NCBI RefSeq assembly: GCF_004010195.1
Contig: NC_057752.1
Span: 14,417,240-14,473,149 of the forward strand
DNA length: 55,910 nucleotides
Direction: 5' to 3'
DNA from: Chiloscyllium plagiosum
Lineage: Eukaryota
In this document: in pieces, positions 51,668 through 55,910 of the stretch
Position numbering within the stretch: position 1 is the stretch's first letter
How the letters are laid out: every line of letters begins with the position of its first letter
Notes under the pieces: generated by a model
Told to the model about the DNA's origin: nothing
The model's input: only the letters and a program-made list of their open reading frames with translations
Databases searched by the model: none
Program-made: the position numbers and the translations under genes

Positions 51668-52290
51668 AGAGTCATAGAGTCATACAGCACAGAAACAGAC
51701 CCTTCGATCCACCTTGTCCATGTCGACCAGATATCCTAAATTAATCGAGTCCCATTTGCCAGCACTTGGCCTATATCCCTCTAAACCCATCCAGATACAT
51801 TTTAAATGCTGCAATTATACCAGCCTTCACCACTTCCTCTGGCAGCTCATTCCCTATGTGCACTACTTTCTGCATGAAAATGTTGCCCCTTAGGCCCCTT
51901 TCAAATCTTTCTCCTCTCACCCTAAATCTATGCCCTCTAGTTCTGAATTCCCCAACCCCAGGGAAAAGACCTTGTCTATTTATCCTATCCATGCCCCTCA
52001 TGATTTTATAAACCTCTATAAGGTCACCCCTCAGCCTCCGACGCTCCAGGGAAAACAGCCCCAGCCTGTTCAGCCTCTCCCTATAGCTCAAACCCTCCAA
52101 CCCTGGCAACATCCTTGTAAACCTTTTCTGGACCCTTTCAAGTTTCACAAAATCTTTCCTATAGGAGGGAGACCAGAATTGCACACAGTATTCCAAAAGC
52201 GGCCTAACTAATGTTCTGTACAAACGCAACATGACCTCCCAACATGTATACTCAATACTCTGACCAATAAAGGAAAACATACCAAAGAGC
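51668..52290 (-). mobile_element. CR1 LINE 3' end
   Basis: [71 protein letters not shown]. Confidence 0.92.
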
Positions 52291-53508
52291 CGAGTTGAAG
52301 GGTTGGATCTGGGATAAGGTGGGGGGAGGGGAAATGAGGAAACTGCGGACATCCACATTAATGCCATGTGGTTGGAGGGTCCCAAGGCGGAAGATGAGGC
52401 GTTCTTCCTCCAGGGGTCATGTGGCAAGGATTTGGCGGTGGAGGAAGCCCAGGACTTGCATGCCCTTGGCAGAGTGGGAGGGGGAGTCGAAGTGGTTGGC
52501 CACAGGGTGGTGGGGTTGGTTGGTGCAGGTGTCCCAGAGGTGCTCCCTGAAACTTTCTGCAAGTTGGCATCTTGCCTCCACATCAAAAGCAACGGACACA
52601 GCAGATGAGGTTTTTGGAGGTGCAGGAAAATCTGTCGGATGTGAAAGGATCCTTCAGGAACTTGGATGGAGGTGAGGGGGGAGCTGTAGGCGCAGGTTTG
52701 ACACCTTGTCCGGTGGCAGGTGAAGATACCGGGTGTGGACAGTGGGTTGGTGGGGTCGGGGGGGGGTAGCGTGGGCCTAACGAGGAGTCACGGAGGAAAT
52801 GGTCACTGTGGAATGCTGAAAGGAGGCAATTATATCCCTGGTGGTGGGGTCTGACTGTAGGTGGCAGAAGTGGCAGAGGAGGATGATGCAATGTATACGG
52901 AGGTTGGTGGGGTGGAAGTTGAGGACTGGGGGGTGGGGGGGGGGGTTCTGTCCTTGCTGTGATTGGAGGGAAGGGATTGGATTTCAAGGGCAGAGTTGCA
53001 GGAGGTGGAGGAGATGTGCTGGAGAACATTGTTGACCATGTGGGAGAGGAAATTTTGATCTTGGAAGAAGGAGGCCATCTGGGATGTTCTAGAGTGGAAC
53101 TGATACGCCTGGGAGCGTATACAGTGGAGGCAGAGGAATTGCGAATAAGGGATAGCGTTTTTTACAGGAGGAGGGGTGGAAGGTGTAGTCCAGGTAGCTG
53201 TGGGATTTGCTGGATTTGTAGGACATGTCCATGTTGAGTCGGTCACCAGAAATGGAGATGGAGAGGTCCAGTTATGGGAGGGAGGTGCCTGAGATGGTCC
53301 AGGTGAACTTGAGGTCAGGGTGGAAGGTGTTTGCGAAGTTGATCAGCTGTTCAAACCTCCTCGCGGGTGCACGAGGTGGCGTCGATGCAGTCATCGATAT
53401 AGCAGAGGAAAAGGTGGGGAATGGTGCCAGTGTAACGACAGAAAATGGACTGTTCCACATATCTGGCAAAGAAGCAGGCATAGCTGGGGCCCACACAGAT
53501 GCCCATGG
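52291..53508 (-). mobile_element. Penelope-like element fragment between CR1 pieces
   Basis: AMGICVGPSYACFF, YIDDCI, KNAIPYSQFL and GIY-YIG remnants. Confidence 0.85.
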
Positions 53509-53956
53509 CTGACCAATAAAGGCAAGTGTCCCAAATGCTTTCTTCACTACTCTGTCCACACAAAACAATACTGTATAATCACTACATGGGACAATAATAA
53601 ACCAAATGAAATCAAAACCTACTGCTCAGCATATCCATTTCCTTACTCATCAGCGACTGTATCATCAGCAGTAATGGTCAGACAGCACATACTGCTCCGA
53701 AGCATCTTCCGAATGTAATTACAATCAGTTTTTTGTGTTGACGTTAATGCCATGTAAATAAAGCGAATGGTCCTGTTTGGTGGGATACGGGGTTCTGCCC
53801 GGAGAACCGAGCAATGAATGTCTGGGGTTGGAATGTACCAATTCAGGGTTATGGGCAACCCTACCACATTTCCAGCCAACCGATCATGCCAGTGTGCTGG
53901 AAGGACTGTACCACTTAGGAGCACCCCATGGCCCTGATATTACTTCTGATACTCAC

Positions 53957-54115
53957 CACCTGCCCATTGGTCTTATGATAAAACGCTTCGGCAAACACTG
54001 AGACCACAAAGACGTTGATGATGAACGACAGCAACAAAGCCATGCAGGCTTCGATTAAGTAGTAGCGATTCGCCTCCTTCACTTCGTTCTTATTGGCTCG
54101 GTTCACTTCTCTGGA
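53957..54115 (-). CDS. SLC11A2: SLC11/Nramp transporter internal coding exon (TM7 region), 159 bp
   Basis: Translates [53 protein letters not shown]. Flanked by cacag acceptor and GTGAGT donor. Matches the recalled DMT1 exon [45 protein letters not shown]. Paralog assignment (A2 vs A1) is not certain. Confidence 0.95.
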
Positions 54116-54121
54116 CTGTGG

Positions 54122-54157
<36 letters not shown>

Positions 54158-54744
54158 ACGTTATTGCTCAGTAATCCCTCGATATCACTGCCTTCCCCAT
54201 CCAATCACCTCGCCACTCTATATCACGCAAAAGCTTCAGCCAGAGACCTCTTCTACCTTTGAGTTCAAGGTGCTGTCAGCATCTGTGTGGCAGCAAATGC
54301 GCACAGCAGGATCCCAACAAACCAAAAATTCATGTTCATCTGTTTCCGCTTGAGGAGTGCATACTGGCTCACTCTCCCATGCAAATCGAGAGTGAACTAA
54401 TTTGCTAGTGTTGGAAGAAAAGACAAGGCACTGAATTCTGCATTGACCTCTTATCTCTGAGAAATACATCAATTTGACTTCTCAACAATGAGCGTTTATT
54501 CCAGTTACTCCCCTCCTTTTTGTATGCCTGTCAAGTGAAAGATATCCATATTCAGTCCTTACGTTCAAAACGCTTTACAACATCTAGCTTTTCACACAGG
54601 GCTTACTTTTCCATTCACCACTCGCAATCTTATCATTAGGGTGTTTCGTGCTAACATCCTTGTAACTATGCTGCTCGATTTTCTTCAAATCACGGGGTAA
54701 TCGAGGAGAAGTGTACCTTTAGACGCAAGCTGCTCAATGCATCT

Positions 54745-55910
54745 CTCAGAAAGCTACTCCCTGCACAGTACCACACACAGAAAGCTGCGCCTTGTCCAGT
54801 ACCTCACTCAGAAAGATGCTCACTGTACAGTATCTGACACAGAAAGCTGCTCCCTGACCAGTACCTCACACGGAAAGCTGCTCCCTGTACAGTATCTGAC
54901 AAAGAAAGCTACTCCCTGAGCAGTACCTCACACAGAAAGCTGCTCCCTGTCCAGTATCTCACACAGAAACCTGATCCATGGACAATACCTCACTCAGAAA
55001 GCCGCTCCCTGTCCAGTACCTCACTCAGAAAGCTGCTCCCGGAACAGTACCTCACTCAGAAAGCTGCTCCCTGTCCAGTATCTCACACAGAAAGCTGCTC
55101 CCTGTCCAGTACCTCACTCAGAAACCTGCTCCCGGTACAGTACCTCACACAGAAAGCTGCTCGCTGTCCAATACCTCACACAGAAAGCTGCTCACGGAAC
55201 AGCACCTCGCTCAGAAAGCCGCTCCATGTCCAGTACCTCACTCAGAAAGCTGCTCCCTGTCCAGTACCTCACACAGAAAGCGGCTCCCTGTCCAGTACCT
55301 CACACAGAGAGCTGCTCCCGGTACAGTACCTCACACAGAAAGCTGCTCCATGTCCAGTACCTCACACAGAAAGGTGCTCCCTTTCCAGTATCTCACACAG
55401 AAAGCTGCTCCCTCTCCACTATCTCACACAGAAATCTGCTCCCTGTCCAGTATATCACACAGAAATCTACTCCATGTCCAGTATCTCACATAGAAAGCTA
55501 CTCCCTGTCCAGTACCTGACTCAGAAAGCTGCTCCCAGTCCAGTATCTCACTCAGAATGTTGCTCCCTGTCCAGTCCCTCACTCAGAAAGCTGCTCCAGG
55601 CCCAGTACCTCACACACAAAGTTGCTCCCTGTACAGTGTCTCACACAGAAAGCCGCGCCATGTCCAGTATCTCACACAGTAAGCTGCTTCCTGTCCAGTA
55701 CCTCACACAGAAAGCTGCTTCCTGTCCAGTACCTCACTCAGAAAGCTGCTCCCGGTACAGTACCTCACTCAGAAAGCTTCTCCCTGTCGTGTACCTCACT
55801 CAGAAAGCCGCTCCATGTCCAGTACCTCACTCAGAAAGCGGCTCCCATTACAGTACCTCACACAGAAAGCTACTCCCTGTCCAGTACCTCACTCAGAAAG
55901 CTGCTCCCGG
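54745..55910. repeat. 31-bp minisatellite, about 37 copies, running off the window end
   Basis: Unit GAAAGCTGCTCCCTGTCCAGTACCTCACACA; intronic to the SLC11 gene. Confidence 0.95.

Noticed and set aside
54978..55519. ORFs of 171 and 97 aa, and a CRISPR-like periodic appearance
   Set aside because: These are products of a 31-bp tandem repeat with no unique spacers, in a eukaryotic intron.

Overview
Eukaryotic, repeat-rich genomic DNA. The repeat content (HE1-type V-SINEs, CR1, L1, Penelope-like elements) points to a cartilaginous fish, probably a shark (inference). The only host gene I can support is the 3' half of an SLC11/Nramp divalent-metal transporter on the minus strand. It has seven coding exons (53957-54115, 46676-46762, 33303-33422, 28517-28666, 19026-19099, 16623-16776, 13618-13767) with GT-AG boundaries and exon sizes that match vertebrate SLC11A2/DMT1; the 5' exons lie beyond the window end. 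The rest is mostly transposon debris: a full-length decayed L1 with a target-site duplication (TSD), a Buster-type hAT transposon with a perfect 8-bp TSD, several Penelope-like elements carrying minimal hammerhead ribozyme motifs, many CR1/Rex1/L2 fragments and SINEs, and minisatellites. The best leads are: a mosaic DMT1/NRAMP1 C-terminus with a retained alternative donor but no canonical iron-responsive element (IRE); hammerhead cores on the pre-mRNA strand inside introns; an apparently perfect 401-bp inverted repeat in an intron; a 25-nt templated copy of an exon inside a nearby repeat; and inverted Penelope micro-insertions with long TSDs. I do not see a wholly new biological system; these are locus-level curiosities. 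Comparisons to human proteins and repeat families are from memory, not from a search.
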